Below are positions 32,859-41,356 of a stretch of DNA of 64,000 nt, piece by piece. Within the stretch, counting starts at the first letter, position 1. Each line of letters starts with the position of its first letter. A program made the translations under genes and the position numbers. Under the pieces are notes generated by a model, which did no database searches, was not told where the DNA came from, and worked only from the letters and a program-made list of their open reading frames with translations. The stretch is from an uncultured Gemmatimonadales bacterium (lineage in GTDB: Bacteria > Gemmatimonadota > Gemmatimonadetes > Gemmatimonadales > Gemmatimonadaceae), in the NCBI GenBank assembly GCA_963851265.1, contig CAWKNZ010000002.1, positions 192,001 to 256,000 on the forward strand, written 5' to 3'.

Positions 32859-33443
32859 TTATACGGGGCCGTCCAGCTCGCCCGCCGTGCCCGGGTCGCC
32901 GCCGACCTCGGCCTGCAGCGGCGACCCGTCTGCGGTCATTCCGTCGCGGTCGAGCGCGAGACGCCCGGCCACCTCGGCGAGCTGGCGCGCGAGATCGTGC
33001 AGCGCGGCGGCGTCGAGGGGCCCCGCCGCGCGCGCCACGCGCGCGTGCGCCGGCTCGGGCGCACGTCGCAGCAGCTGGCGGCCGGCCGGGGTGATCGCGA
33101 TCGGCGTGCGGCGGCGGTCGTCCGGGGCGACGCTCCGCGTGACGAGGTCGCGCTCGACCAGCCCGCGCACGACCACGCTCGCGGTGCTCGGATCGGTCTG
33201 CGTGCGGACGGCCAACTCGGCGAGCGACGCGCAGGGCGCGTCGACCAGCTTGCGCAGGACGAGCAGCTCGGCGCCGTGCACACCGATCTCCTGCTCGGCG
33301 GCGCGCGACGCGCCGCGCAGGGCGTGAACGACGGCGCGCACCGCGTCGACGAGGGCAGCAGCGCCCACCTCGACGTCGGGCGCGGGGGCGGGAGGGGCCG
33401 CGAGGGCGGTCCGCGCGCGGGCGAAGGCAGGCGTGGTAGTCAA
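32859..33443 (-). CDS. MarR-family transcriptional regulator
   Basis: TTG start overlapping the upstream TGA; winged HTH S..ELA...DPSTAS.VV..LV..DLV.R....DDRR....ITPAG. Confidence 0.85.
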   Translation of the reverse strand: MTTTPAFARARTALAAPPAPAPDVEVGAAALVDAVRAVVHALRGASRAAEQEIGVHGAELLVLRKLVDAPCASLAELAVRTQTDPSTASVVVRGLVERDLVTRSVAPDDRRRTPIAITPAGRQLLRRAPEPAHARVARAAGPLDAAALHDLARQLAEVAGRLALDRDGMTADGSPLQAEVGGDPGTAGELDGPV

Positions 33444-34084
33444 ACCAGGTCGTCGCTGGAGTGGGGGAGTTCTTCGGTGATCACCCAGTGTAGTACGGCA
33501 TCGGCGCAGGGCGCCGAACCGCTGCAGACTGAGCGCAGCGCGCGCGTGCGCACCCGGCACTCGATCGGGTCACCGTACTTGGGGGTCAACCGGACCGGCC
33601 ACGTCTCGACGCGCGAGCTCTGCTTCGAACGATAGAGCGCGATGCGGAACGCGGCGCGGTCGGCGATCGCGACGTACGCCGCGAGCGGCTTGCCGACCAC
33701 GGCGTTGGCCGGGCGAATCAGCAATTCGAGCGCCGCCTGATTGATCCGCACGATCTGCCCGACGCCGTTGGTCACCAGCGACGCCGTCGGCGCGAGGTCG
33801 AACAGGTCGCGAAACACCTGCTGCTCGAGTTCGAGCTCGGTCTGCGCCGCGAACAGCGCCTCGTTCTGCGCGCGCAATTCCTCCTCGGCCCGGCCAAGAT
33901 CGGCCAGGGCGTCGGCGATCAGGTCGGAGGTCGCGTGGACGGTCGCGATCGACGCCCCCGACTCGCCCCCGGTCCGAGCGACGGCGCCGAGTGCTCGCAG
34001 CAGCGGCGAGCTGATCTCCTGCGCGCGCCGCCGGCGCTCTCCGAACTCGTCCGTGAATTCCGCGAAATCCGGATGCATGACCAT
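33440..34084 (-). CDS. Stand-alone coiled-coil + PAS domain protein
   Basis: AAGGAG RBS 6 nt upstream; AEEELRAQNEAL coil, then FRDLFDLAP...VT...G.I..IN.AA PAS start. No output domain. Confidence 0.8.
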   Translation of the reverse strand: MVMHPDFAEFTDEFGERRRRAQEISSPLLRALGAVARTGGESGASIATVHATSDLIADALADLGRAEEELRAQNEALFAAQTELELEQQVFRDLFDLAPTASLVTNGVGQIVRINQAALELLIRPANAVVGKPLAAYVAIADRAAFRIALYRSKQSSRVETWPVRLTPKYGDPIECRVRTRALRSVCSGSAPCADAVLHWVITEELPHSSDDLV

Positions 34085-34162
34085 TCGCCGCTCCTTGGTA
34101 CCAACGACCGTGGGAACAACGGCCGTGCGCGTGCGTCTGCCGGGCAATACTGTTACTGCCAT

Positions 34163-35401
34163 ATGGATGCCACAACAACCTCGGATGCGACACCGCAATC
34201 CGCCACCCCACAGACTCGGCACCTACGGCGCGACATCGTCGTGATCGGTGCTTCGGCCGGCGGGGTCGAGGCCCTCAAGGCTGTCGTCGCCGCACTCCCG
34301 GCGGACTACCCCGGGTCCGTTTTTGTGGTCCTGCACATCCCGCCGAGCGTGCCGAGCGTGCTCGCCGGCATCCTCGGCCGGGCGGCATCCCTTCCGTGCG
34401 TCAACGCCACGGACGGAGCGCCCGTGCAGCCGGGCAGGATCTACGTCGCGCCTTCCGACCGCCACCTGTTGCTCGAGCCGGGCCGCATGCGCCTGGTGCC
34501 CGGCCCGCGCGAGAACGGCCACCGCCCCGCGGTCGATCCGCTCTTCCGTTCCGCGAGCGCCGCGTACGGCCCGCGCGTGGTCGGGGTGGTGCTCACCGGC
34601 AACCTCGACGACGGCACGCGCGGGCTGTTGGCCATCACCCAACAGGGCGGGCTCGCCGTGGTGCAGAGTCCGGACGAGGCCAACTTCCCCGGCATGCCGT
34701 TGAGCGCGATCGCGAACGTGCCCGTGGACTACGTGCTGCCGATGACGGACATCGCCCCGCTCCTCACGGCCGAGGCCGATCCCGCGCGCGACGCGATCGC
34801 CGCCGACGGGGCGCCATCGGATTCGAACGACACGGCGCCTCACGCGACGACGCCCAACGGGACGGCCCCGAATGGCCGGAGTGAGACGAGACCCAGTGTG
34901 CCGCCTCCGATGCGGACGACCCCCAACGGCGCCATACCGAACGGACTTCCGGTCGCGCCCGCGCCCACGCCCGCGCCCGCGCCCACGCCCGAGCGCGTCG
35001 CGGAGCTCGAAACGGGCATCGGCGTCGTCAACGGCGGCAGCCTGATGAACAAGGCACTCGGCGGGACGGTGTCGGAGTTCACCTGCCCCGACTGCCACGG
35101 CGCCTTGTGGGAGTTGCGCGACGGGGCGCTCGTGCGCTACCGCTGCCGCGTCGGCCACTCGTACACCGACCAGGGCCTCGTCGACAACAAGGCGCGATCG
35201 GTCGAGGACGCGCTCTGGACCGCGCTCACGGCCCTCGAAGAGAGCGCCGCGATCGCCGCCCGGGTGGCCGAACGGGCCGCCGAGCAGGGGCGCTCGCGCA
35301 GCGCCGCGGTGTTCCGGCTTCGCGCCGAGTACCTCGAACAGCGCGGCGCCCTGCTGCGCGACGTGCTGAACGACCTCCCCGCCCACGTGGACGGCATTTG
35401 A
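34163..35401 (+). CDS. cheB: CheB-type methylesterase (no receiver domain) with C-terminal CPxCxG...CxxGH extension
   Basis: GASAGG (Ser), VLHI (His), RPAVDPLF.S, LTGNLDDG (Asp), Pro-rich linker, FTCPDCHG.LW...YRCRVGH. Confidence 0.88.
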   Translation: MDATTTSDATPQSATPQTRHLRRDIVVIGASAGGVEALKAVVAALPADYPGSVFVVLHIPPSVPSVLAGILGRAASLPCVNATDGAPVQPGRIYVAPSDRHLLLEPGRMRLVPGPRENGHRPAVDPLFRSASAAYGPRVVGVVLTGNLDDGTRGLLAITQQGGLAVVQSPDEANFPGMPLSAIANVPVDYVLPMTDIAPLLTAEADPARDAIAADGAPSDSNDTAPHATTPNGTAPNGRSETRPSVPPPMRTTPNGAIPNGLPVAPAPTPAPAPTPERVAELETGIGVVNGGSLMNKALGGTVSEFTCPDCHGALWELRDGALVRYRCRVGHSYTDQGLVDNKARSVEDALWTALTALEESAAIAARVAERAAEQGRSRSAAVFRLRAEYLEQRGALLRDVLNDLPAHVDGI

Positions 35402-37422
35402 GCGACCCCGATCCGCCGCGCGCCGTGACGTTTCCGCCCGATCCCGGGCTCGATTTCGACCTGCTGCTGGCCTATTTGCGGGCGACCCGCAGTTTCGAGT
35501 TCAGCGGCTACAAACGTGTGGGACTCGCGCGCCGGATCGGCAAGCGGATGCGGGCCACCGGCTCCGCGACGTACGCCGCGTACCAGGAGTACCTCGACGC
35601 GCATCCGTCCGAGTTCGCCGAACTGTTCGACACGATCCTCATCAACGTGACCGCCTTCTTCCGCGACGAGTCGCTCTGGGAGCACCTCCGCGCCGAGGTC
35701 GTGCCGCAGCTGCTCGCGGCGCGCGGCGGGTCCGACCCGATTCGCGTGTGGTGCGCCGGATGCGCGACGGGGCAGGAGGCATACACGCTCGCCATCGTGC
35801 TCGCCGAGGCGATGGGCGACGACAAGTTCCGCGAGCGCGTGAAGCTCTACGCGACCGACCTCGACGAGGACGCGCTCGCCACGGCGCGGCAGGGCGTCTA
35901 CCAGGAGCGGGACGTCGCCGCGCTGCCGCCCGACCTCGTCGAGCGCTACTTCGAGCGTGACGGGCAGCGCTACGTCTTCCGCAAGGACCTGCGGCGCCTG
36001 CTGATTTTCGGGCGGAACGACCTCATGCAGGACGCGCCGATCTCGCGCATCGACCTGCTGACGTGTCGCAACACGCTGATGTACTTCGACGCGCCCACGC
36101 AGGCGCGCGTGCTGGCGCGCTTCCAGTTCGCGCTCAACGACGGCGGCGTCCTCGTGCTCGGGCGCGCCGAGACGCTGCTCACCCACACCAACCTGTTCGT
36201 CCCCGTCGACCTCAAGCGACGCGTGTTCGTCAAGGTGCCGCGCTACAACGCGGTGTCCGGGGCGTCCGGCGTGGTCGCCAGCCCATTCCGGTGGCGCGAC
36301 CGGTCCTCGGGCGCGACATACGGTCCCGGCGAGGGGCCCGACCGTGGGCTCGACGGCGAACTGCGCGACGCGGCGTTCGACGCGGGGCCGATCGCGCAGC
36401 TCGCGATTGACCGCACCGGGCGCCTCCTCGCCATAAACGAGCGCGCCCGCGCCCTCTTCCAGCTGGGCCAGCCCGACCTCGGTCGCCCGCTGCAGGACCT
36501 CGAAGTCTCGTACCGCCCGTTCGAGCTGCGTTCGCTCATCGACCAGGCGTTGAGCGAGGGGCGCCCCATCGTGAACGGCGAGGTGCCGTGGCGTGCGCCC
36601 GGCGGCGAGATGCGCTGGTTCGACATCCGCGTCGTGCCGCTCATCGCGCCCGCCGAATTCGGCGCCACCCCAGCGCCGGCCGGCGCGGGGGTGAGTGCGA
36701 CGTTCATCGAGGTCACGCGCTACAAGCAGCTGCAGCATCAGGTGCAGGAGGCGCAGGCGGAGCTGGAGGCCGCGTACCAGGAGCTGCAGAGCACGAACGA
36801 GGAGCTCGAGACCACGAACGAGGAGCTGCACTCGACCGTCGAGGAGTTGGAGACGACGAACGAGGAGCTGCAGAGCACGAACGAGGAGCTCGAGACGATG
36901 AACGAGGAGCTCCAGAGCACGAACGAGGAGCTGCAGACCATCAACGACGAGTTGCGCCAGCGGAGCGAGGACCTCAACCGGGCCAACGCGTTCCTCGAGT
37001 CGGTGTTCGCGAGCATGCGCGCGGGGGTGGCCGTGATCGACCGCGACCTGCGCGTGCTGTCGTGGAGCAACCTCGCCGAAGATCAGTGGGGCGTGCGGGC
37101 CGGCGAGGTGGTCGGCACGAGCTTCTTCAACCTCGACATCGGCCTGCCGGTCGAGCGGCTGGCCGAGGCGATCCGCGCGTGCCTGGCCGGCACCGCCGAC
37201 GCGCAGGAGCTGGTCCTCGGCGCGACCAACCGGCGCGGCCGCGCCACGCAGTGTCGCGTCAGCGTCCGGGCGCTCGCCGACCCGGGCGAGAAGCGCCCGC
37301 GCGGCGCGCTGATCCTCATGGAAGAGCTGCCTAACGAAGTGGGGGCGGGCGCCGCACCGCGGGGGGAGCCGGCCGCCGCGGCCCCGGCGGGCGCGGACGG
37401 GGCCGCGGCCCCCGAGGGCTGA
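35398..37422 (+). CDS. cheR: CheR-type methyltransferase fused to PAS, heptad coiled coil and PAS
   Basis: TTGA overlap; INVT.FFRD, W.AGCATG.EAY, ATDLD, CRNTLMYF, LG.AE; PAS; (STNEELE/Q)n; second PAS. No kinase domain. Confidence 0.9.
   Translation: MSDPDPPRAVTFPPDPGLDFDLLLAYLRATRSFEFSGYKRVGLARRIGKRMRATGSATYAAYQEYLDAHPSEFAELFDTILINVTAFFRDESLWEHLRAEVVPQLLAARGGSDPIRVWCAGCATGQEAYTLAIVLAEAMGDDKFRERVKLYATDLDEDALATARQGVYQERDVAALPPDLVERYFERDGQRYVFRKDLRRLLIFGRNDLMQDAPISRIDLLTCRNTLMYFDAPTQARVLARFQFALNDGGVLVLGRAETLLTHTNLFVPVDLKRRVFVKVPRYNAVSGASGVVASPFRWRDRSSGATYGPGEGPDRGLDGELRDAAFDAGPIAQLAIDRTGRLLAINERARALFQLGQPDLGRPLQDLEVSYRPFELRSLIDQALSEGRPIVNGEVPWRAPGGEMRWFDIRVVPLIAPAEFGATPAPAGAGVSATFIEVTRYKQLQHQVQEAQAELEAAYQELQSTNEELETTNEELHSTVEELETTNEELQSTNEELETMNEELQSTNEELQTINDELRQRSEDLNRANAFLESVFASMRAGVAVIDRDLRVLSWSNLAEDQWGVRAGEVVGTSFFNLDIGLPVERLAEAIRACLAGTADAQELVLGATNRRGRATQCRVSVRALADPGEKRPRGALILMEELPNEVGAGAAPRGEPAAAAPAGADGAAAPEG
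36760..36960 (+). repeat. 21-nt-period coding repeat (about 8 heptads, ELQSTNE/ELETTNE)
   Basis: Recurrent acgaacgaggagct units inside cheR. Confidence 0.85.
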
Positions 37423-37490
37423 CGCCTAACGGTACGCGTCGTGAGGGCGCCCGACGTCAGGCCGTCCCCGCGGTCGGCCGGTCCCCGCGG

Positions 37491-37922
37491 TCAGGCCGTC
37501 GCGTAGTACGCGTCGATTCCCCAGCGCACGGCGTCGCTCATCACGACGCGGGAGTCGGCCGCGTCGGCCGCGGTCGGGGCCGCGGCGCCGCGCACGGCGT
37601 CCTTCACGACCACGAGCATGCGCTCCGGCGGGACGCCGCCGCGGCGGAGGTGGGCGGCGAGGACGCTCACGGCGTCGCACAACTGCGTGCGGGACGCGTC
37701 GAACTCCGCGAACGTCGCGTCCGCCACGTCGAGCGCGGGGTGCACGCGCGCGGACGTGTGCCAGCGGCCGGCCGCGACGACCGCGCGCGCCGCCGTATCG
37801 CGCACGCGGCCGGTCAGGGCTCCGAGCACGTCGCCCGGAGCGGCGCCGCCGGCTGCCGCGAGGATGTCGGCCGCCGCGGCGTCGCGCGCGACCGACGGCG
37901 GAACCTGCGAGACGTCGCTCAT
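37491..37922 (-). CDS. Small helical hypothetical protein
   Basis: ATG at 37922 after a purine-poor leader; ends LRRGGVPPERMLVVVK...VRWGIDAYY; host-like codon usage. Confidence 0.65.
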   Translation of the reverse strand: MSDVSQVPPSVARDAAAADILAAAGGAAPGDVLGALTGRVRDTAARAVVAAGRWHTSARVHPALDVADATFAEFDASRTQLCDAVSVLAAHLRRGGVPPERMLVVVKDAVRGAAAPTAADAADSRVVMSDAVRWGIDAYYATA

Positions 37923-38031
37923 GGCCAGAGAGGCTGGCAAGGTGGGGGAGCGGCGGAAACCAGGACCAGAGCACCGCGAAACAATCTGTGCTACCAACTG
38001 TTTCGCAGCGTAGGTTCGGGTACCTCGGGAG

Positions 38032-39168
38032 TCAAGGTCGCAACGGCGGAGCGGCGGTTCGCGTTCCCCGCGCCGGTTCGGCCGGCGTGCTCACGATGCT
38101 GAATACGCCACCCACGCCGCGCGGCGTGGTGGGATCGAGCACTGCACTGTACGACGAAACCGTCATGAATTCGTCGCCCTGCGCGTCGAGGTCGGTGCCG
38201 TCATGGTGTTCGGCCCACACGGTTTGGCGCGTCCGCGCGACGCGCTCGCACGTCGCCACCGCGACCCGCCCCGCACGCGAGCGCGTCTGCCGTGCCGAGC
38301 GCCCGAGATGTGTTTGACGCGCGGTCCCACCGCGTCGGGAGAACGCCGCGTCGTTGGAGATCTCGACGAGTTGGGCGCCCCAGTAGATCGACATCGGCAC
38401 GTGCGACGTGAGCGCGACGCGCACCACCGTCTGCAGCGCGACCGACCACCCCAGCACGGGGCCGAGGGGTGTGGCCGCCCAGTCGACGTCGGCCAGCAGC
38501 GGGCCGACCCGTGCCGCCCCCGGGCCGGTGAACAGGGCCGCGCCCGCGGCGAGCTCCGCCCCTGACCGGGGCAGCCGCCCGCCGCCCGCGACGAGCACGA
38601 GCACCGCACCGATCTGCGCGAGCGGCAACACGAGATCGATCGCGCCCGTCGCCGTCGCCGCGAGCGGCATCGACGGGTAGCGCGACGACTCGGCCGATTG
38701 CGCGAGGACCGTCGCCCCGGCGCGGCTGAGGGCCTGTACGCCCGCCGCGCCGTCGCGCCCCATCCCCGTGAGCACCACGGCGAGCGCCCGCGCGCCGAAC
38801 GCGGCGGCGAGACTCTCGAACAGCAGGTCGATCGGCAGGTCCGTTGCGCGCCGCACGCCCTCGCGCACCGCGCACGTGCCGTCGCGGCGCACCTCGACCT
38901 GGCGCTGCGGCGGGCACACGAACACGCACCCCGGCGTCAGCTTGGTCCCGTCGGCGACCCACGTCACCGACAGCCGGCTGTGCGCGGCGAGCATCTCGAC
39001 GAGCGCACTTCCGTAGCGCCCCAGATGCTGCATGACGACCACCGCCGCGGGGAAATCGGCAGGAAGCGCCTCCAGCACGGCGCGCAGCGCCTCGAGGCCG
39101 CCGGCGGAGGTGCCCACGGCGACGACGTCGTACCGAGAGGAGGGTCGCGTTGCCGTCACGGTAGGCAC
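38032..39168 (-). CDS. cheB: Second CheB-type methylesterase with C-terminal PAS-like domain
   Basis: GTSAGG, QHL, PIDLLF.SLA, LTGMGRDG, SMP; then DW.ATPLGP..W...L...V......PM..YWG.....NDA. AGGAG precedes the GTG start. Confidence 0.82.
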   Translation of the reverse strand: MPTVTATRPSSRYDVVAVGTSAGGLEALRAVLEALPADFPAAVVVMQHLGRYGSALVEMLAAHSRLSVTWVADGTKLTPGCVFVCPPQRQVEVRRDGTCAVREGVRRATDLPIDLLFESLAAAFGARALAVVLTGMGRDGAAGVQALSRAGATVLAQSAESSRYPSMPLAATATGAIDLVLPLAQIGAVLVLVAGGGRLPRSGAELAAGAALFTGPGAARVGPLLADVDWAATPLGPVLGWSVALQTVVRVALTSHVPMSIYWGAQLVEISNDAAFSRRGGTARQTHLGRSARQTRSRAGRVAVATCERVARTRQTVWAEHHDGTDLDAQGDEFMTVSSYSAVLDPTTPRGVGGVFSIVSTPAEPARGTRTAAPPLRP

Positions 39169-39220
39169 TCCTGCAATGTCGGGCCCGCTACGCGAGCGCG
39201 CCCCGGCGAGCTGCCGCGTC

Positions 39221-39268
39221 GGGCGCGAGAGGCCGGGCGCGAGAGGCCGGGCGCGAGAGGCCGGGCGC
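39221..39268. repeat. Intergenic tandem repeat, 14-bp unit GGGCGCGAGAGGCC x3.4
   Basis: Exact copies at 39221, 39235 and 39249 plus a partial copy. Confidence 0.9.
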
Positions 39269-40404
39269 TAGCGCCCGGTCAACTCGGCGAGCGCGTCGTC
39301 GCACGCGGCCAGACAGCCGGCGAGCGTGTCGGGCGTGTGGTCCCCCATGTGGCCGACGCGGAACGTGGTAGCCCGAAGGCGCCCGTATCCCGCGCCGATC
39401 GTGTAGCCGCGCGCGGCGACCGCGCGCACGACGGGGCCGCTCTCGAGCCCCGTCGGAAGCGTCACGGCGGTGACCGTGGGCGATCGCGAGCCGGCCGGCG
39501 CGAGCAGGCCCACGCCGAAGCGTTCGGCGCGGGCCTCCACCCACGCCCACATGCGCGCCGCCATCGCGCCGTGCCGCGCCCAGCGCGCCTCGATCGGCTC
39601 GCACGTCGCCATGGCGGCGAGCTGGGCGTCCAGCGCGTAGAACAACGACAGGGCCGGCGTGTTGGGCGTCTGGTGCTTGGTCGCGTACGCCTCGAACTCG
39701 GCCAGGTCGAGGTAGCGCCCGCGCGCCGCCTCGCCCGCCGGCCGGGCGGCCGCGCCCGCGATGAAGTCGGCCGACGCGACGCCGAAGGCCAGTCCCGGCG
39801 GCAGGGCGAGCGCCTTCTGCGAACCCGTGAGCACGAAGTCGAGCCCCCAGGCGTCCGCGTGCAGCTCCGCACCGCCAATTCCGGTCACGCTGTCGACGAG
39901 GCAGGCCGCCCCGTCCGCGCGTGCCGCGGCGGCCACCGCCCGCACGTCGGTGAGCGCGCCCGTCGAGGTTTCGGAGTGCACGACGGTGACCGCGGCGAAG
40001 CGCCCGCCCGTCGATGGCCCGGCCCGCAGCGCGCGCGCGACGTCGTCCGGGTCGGCCGGGCATCCCCAGACCACGTCGAGCGTCTGCACCTCGCGCCCGC
40101 AGGCCCGGGCGATGTCGGCAAAGCGCTCCGAAAACGCGCCGTTGACCACCGCGAGGATCGGCCCCGGAGCCGCGGCGCGCACCGCGCCTTCCATCAGCCC
40201 GGTGGCCGACGACGACGAGAGATAGACCGGCCGCTCGGTGCGGAACACCTGTCGGAGTCCCGCGTCGCACCGCGCATGGAGCGCCTCGAATTCCGCACCG
40301 CGGTGCGGGATCATGGGGCGCACCATCGCCGCGAGCACCGCGGGTCGCACCTCGGTGGGACCCGGAAGAAAGAACGTGCCGAAACCCGCGTCAGGAGTCG
40401 TCAT
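39268..40404 (-). CDS. Class V PLP aminotransferase (serine-pyruvate/alanine-glyoxylate family)
   Basis: FLPGPT, HSETSTG, DSVT, GSQKAL.LPPG, TP.TP and FRVGHMG motifs. Confidence 0.9.
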   Translation of the reverse strand: MTTPDAGFGTFFLPGPTEVRPAVLAAMVRPMIPHRGAEFEALHARCDAGLRQVFRTERPVYLSSSSATGLMEGAVRAAAPGPILAVVNGAFSERFADIARACGREVQTLDVVWGCPADPDDVARALRAGPSTGGRFAAVTVVHSETSTGALTDVRAVAAAARADGAACLVDSVTGIGGAELHADAWGLDFVLTGSQKALALPPGLAFGVASADFIAGAAARPAGEAARGRYLDLAEFEAYATKHQTPNTPALSLFYALDAQLAAMATCEPIEARWARHGAMAARMWAWVEARAERFGVGLLAPAGSRSPTVTAVTLPTGLESGPVVRAVAARGYTIGAGYGRLRATTFRVGHMGDHTPDTLAGCLAACDDALAELTGR

Positions 40405-40430
40405 ACCGTGTAAGCTGCCGTGACCGGCGG

Positions 40431-41105
40431 TCACGCGACAGCGCCCAGCACGAGCCCGGCGAGCGCGTCGAAGTTGTCGACCACGTGGTCGGCCGCGGCG
40501 ACCACCGCGTCGCGTCGTGCGAAGCCGGTGAACGCGGCGAGCGCGTCGCACGCGCCGGCCCCGCGCAGCGCGAGGTCGGTACTGCCGTCGCCGCAGCCGA
40601 GCGCCGGACGGGCCGCCACGCCCCAGGCGGCGAGCACGCCGCGCGCGACGTCGCCCTTGCCGCCCTGCGTCGCGAGCAGCGACCCGGCGTCGTAGGCGAA
40701 GTACGCGCCGCCCATGTCGAACACCACGTCCACCGCGTACACGTCGGCCGGGGCGAAGCCGAGGCTGCGGGCGAGTGGAAGGATGGCCTGGCGGAGCCCG
40801 CCGCTGACGAGGGCGATGCGCACTCCCCCCGCGCGCATGCGCTCGAGCGCGTCGGCCGCACCGGGCGCGAGCGCCGCCTGGTACGCGGCGGCCAGCGCCT
40901 CGCAGTCGCCGCGGTCGGGGCGAACGCGCGCGAGCCGCTCGCCGTACACGGCGTCGAGGGCGAGATCGCCGCGCATCGCGCGCTCGGTCGCCTCCGCGAC
41001 CGCGGCGGCCGTCGCGGCGCCGCGCCGTGCGGCAAGCCAGTCGATCCCTTCGACGCCGGCGAGGGTCGAGTCGACGTCGAGCAGGAGCGAGGGGTAGCGC
41101 GGCAT
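40431..41105 (-). CDS. serB: HAD-IB phosphatase (phosphoserine phosphatase-like)
   Basis: DVDSTL...EGID, T.RAM.G, VSGG, K and GDG.TD motifs. Confidence 0.8.
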   Translation of the reverse strand: MPRYPSLLLDVDSTLAGVEGIDWLAARRGAATAAAVAEATERAMRGDLALDAVYGERLARVRPDRGDCEALAAAYQAALAPGAADALERMRAGGVRIALVSGGLRQAILPLARSLGFAPADVYAVDVVFDMGGAYFAYDAGSLLATQGGKGDVARGVLAAWGVAARPALGCGDGSTDLALRGAGACDALAAFTGFARRDAVVAAADHVVDNFDALAGLVLGAVA

Positions 41106-41229
41106 GCGGTCGGGAGGCGGTGGGGAGGAGCGTCGGAACGAACCGTCCCCGGGACGGCCGCGCAACGCCGACGCGGGCGACCCCGCCGCGCGCCCCGCGC
41201 CGGAGCAACACTTTCGGGAACTCGCGCGT

Positions 41230-41243
41230 TTACTGGCGAGTAA
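41230..41243. promoter_or_regulatory. Inverted repeat TTACT-GGCG-AGTAA, candidate TetR operator
   Basis: AT-rich dyad in the divergent intergenic region, about 115 bp upstream of the TetR-TolC start. Confidence 0.5.
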
Positions 41244-41356
41244 GCCTGCGTAACGATGGCGCAAACTCCGGCCACTCGCGGGTTGGATGCCGTTTTCATA
41301 CCGACTGGCCGCCGCGCCTCGACCGGCCGCTCTTCTCGAGTCCGACTATTCGACCG

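Noticed and set aside
36760..36960. Regularly spaced repeats as a CRISPR array
   Set aside because: The period is 21 nt, there are no unique spacers, the repeats encode a coiled coil, and no cas genes are present.
39221..39268. 14-bp repeat as an att site or IS end
   Set aside because: It is a simple tandem repeat. I saw no partner copy at the other island border and no integrase or transposase.
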